64,000 nt of DNA from an uncultured Arcobacter sp. (lineage in GTDB: Bacteria > Campylobacterota > Campylobacteria > Campylobacterales > Arcobacteraceae), in assembly GCA_965140705.1 (NCBI GenBank), contig OZ223300.1, positions 1,440,001 through 1,504,000 on the forward strand, given 5' to 3'. The notes below the pieces were generated by a model that saw only the letters and a list, made by a program, of their open reading frames with translations, was not told the origin of the DNA and made no database searches. Every line of letters begins with the position of its first letter. The stretch's first letter is position 1. The translations under genes and the position numbers were made by a program. Shown piece by piece: positions 63,443-64,000 of this stretch.

Positions 63443-64000
63443 TTGAAAAAAATATTTTTTCTGATTTTTACTATTGTATTTACGTTAAATTTAAGTGCTG
63501 CAAAAATCGAAAATCCAAATGACTCTACTATTACAAATAATAATGTAAATACAAGTGAAGAGTCTAAATTAGTTGTGTTAGAACCAACTCCTGAAGTTAA
63601 AGCTAAAATTGATAACTATCTTTCTGAAATTAGAAAAATAAATGACTTATTAGAAGATGATATTTTATTAAAAAGATATTCTAATTATATTGCATATAGA
63701 AGTATTTCTAAAGAGTTACATTCATTAAAAAGAGAGTTAGAAGAGGTAAATAAAAAAAATAGGGATTTAGTATATAAAGTAGAGAATAAAATTAGAATCA
63801 AAAAAAATGAGTTAGAACTTATCTCTGAGTATAAAGATTCACCTATTGGAAAGTTAATTGATCCTCCAGAAATAGAGAAATATGAACCTATAACAAATCC
63901 TTTTGGTATCATAAATGCACTTTCATATAAAAAGAAAATGAAAGATCATAAAAAAGAGTTTAATAGAACTATAGATGAAGTTTCAAGGTTAATTACTCTT
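63443..64000 (+). CDS. MscS family protein, N-terminal part (runs off the window)
   Basis: TTG immediately after the aroB stop; hand translation MKKIFFLIF...KRYSNY...ELISEYKDSPIGKLIDPPEIE...ITNPFGIINALSY; aroB-mscS order is typical of Campylobacterota. Confidence 0.65.
   Translation, partial: MKKIFFLIFTIVFTLNLSAAKIENPNDSTITNNNVNTSEESKLVVLEPTPEVKAKIDNYLSEIRKINDLLEDDILLKRYSNYIAYRSISKELHSLKRELEEVNKKNRDLVYKVENKIRIKKNELELISEYKDSPIGKLIDPPEIEKYEPITNPFGIINALSYKKKMKDHKKEFNRTIDEVSRLITL

Overview
AT-rich chromosomal window from a Campylobacterota bacterium, most likely Arcobacter-like (inferred from gene content, aroB-mscS synteny and protein style). About 46 kb (2911-48697) forms one surface-protein locus built around a 27.5-kb gene for a 9162-aa RTX-repeat protein. 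The locus includes a type I secretion system (ABC, HlyD, and a TolC with three SPOR-like domains), a MotA/MotB-like pair resembling Salmonella SiiB/SiiA, a Cache sensor with no output domain, and a degenerate LapD-like GGDEF-EAL receptor with no LapG in the window. It also has a lipoprotein, a Sel1 protein, SapC, a FkbM-TPR-glycosyltransferase fusion that lacks a canonical start codon, an intact diguanylate cyclase and an HDOD protein. Left flank: a partial FRG-domain gene, a DUF2779 nuclease and an AI-2E transporter. Right flank: a FecA-like TonB receptor, rlmF, a Tat-exported IorAB-type molybdoenzyme cluster with TetR, MscS, a hemerythrin/DUF2249/membrane-protein operon with FNR boxes and a Crp/Fnr regulator, a lone CI-like repressor, aroB and a second partial MscS. 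No rRNA, tRNA, CRISPR array or transposase was seen. All family calls come from reading motifs by eye; no database search was run.
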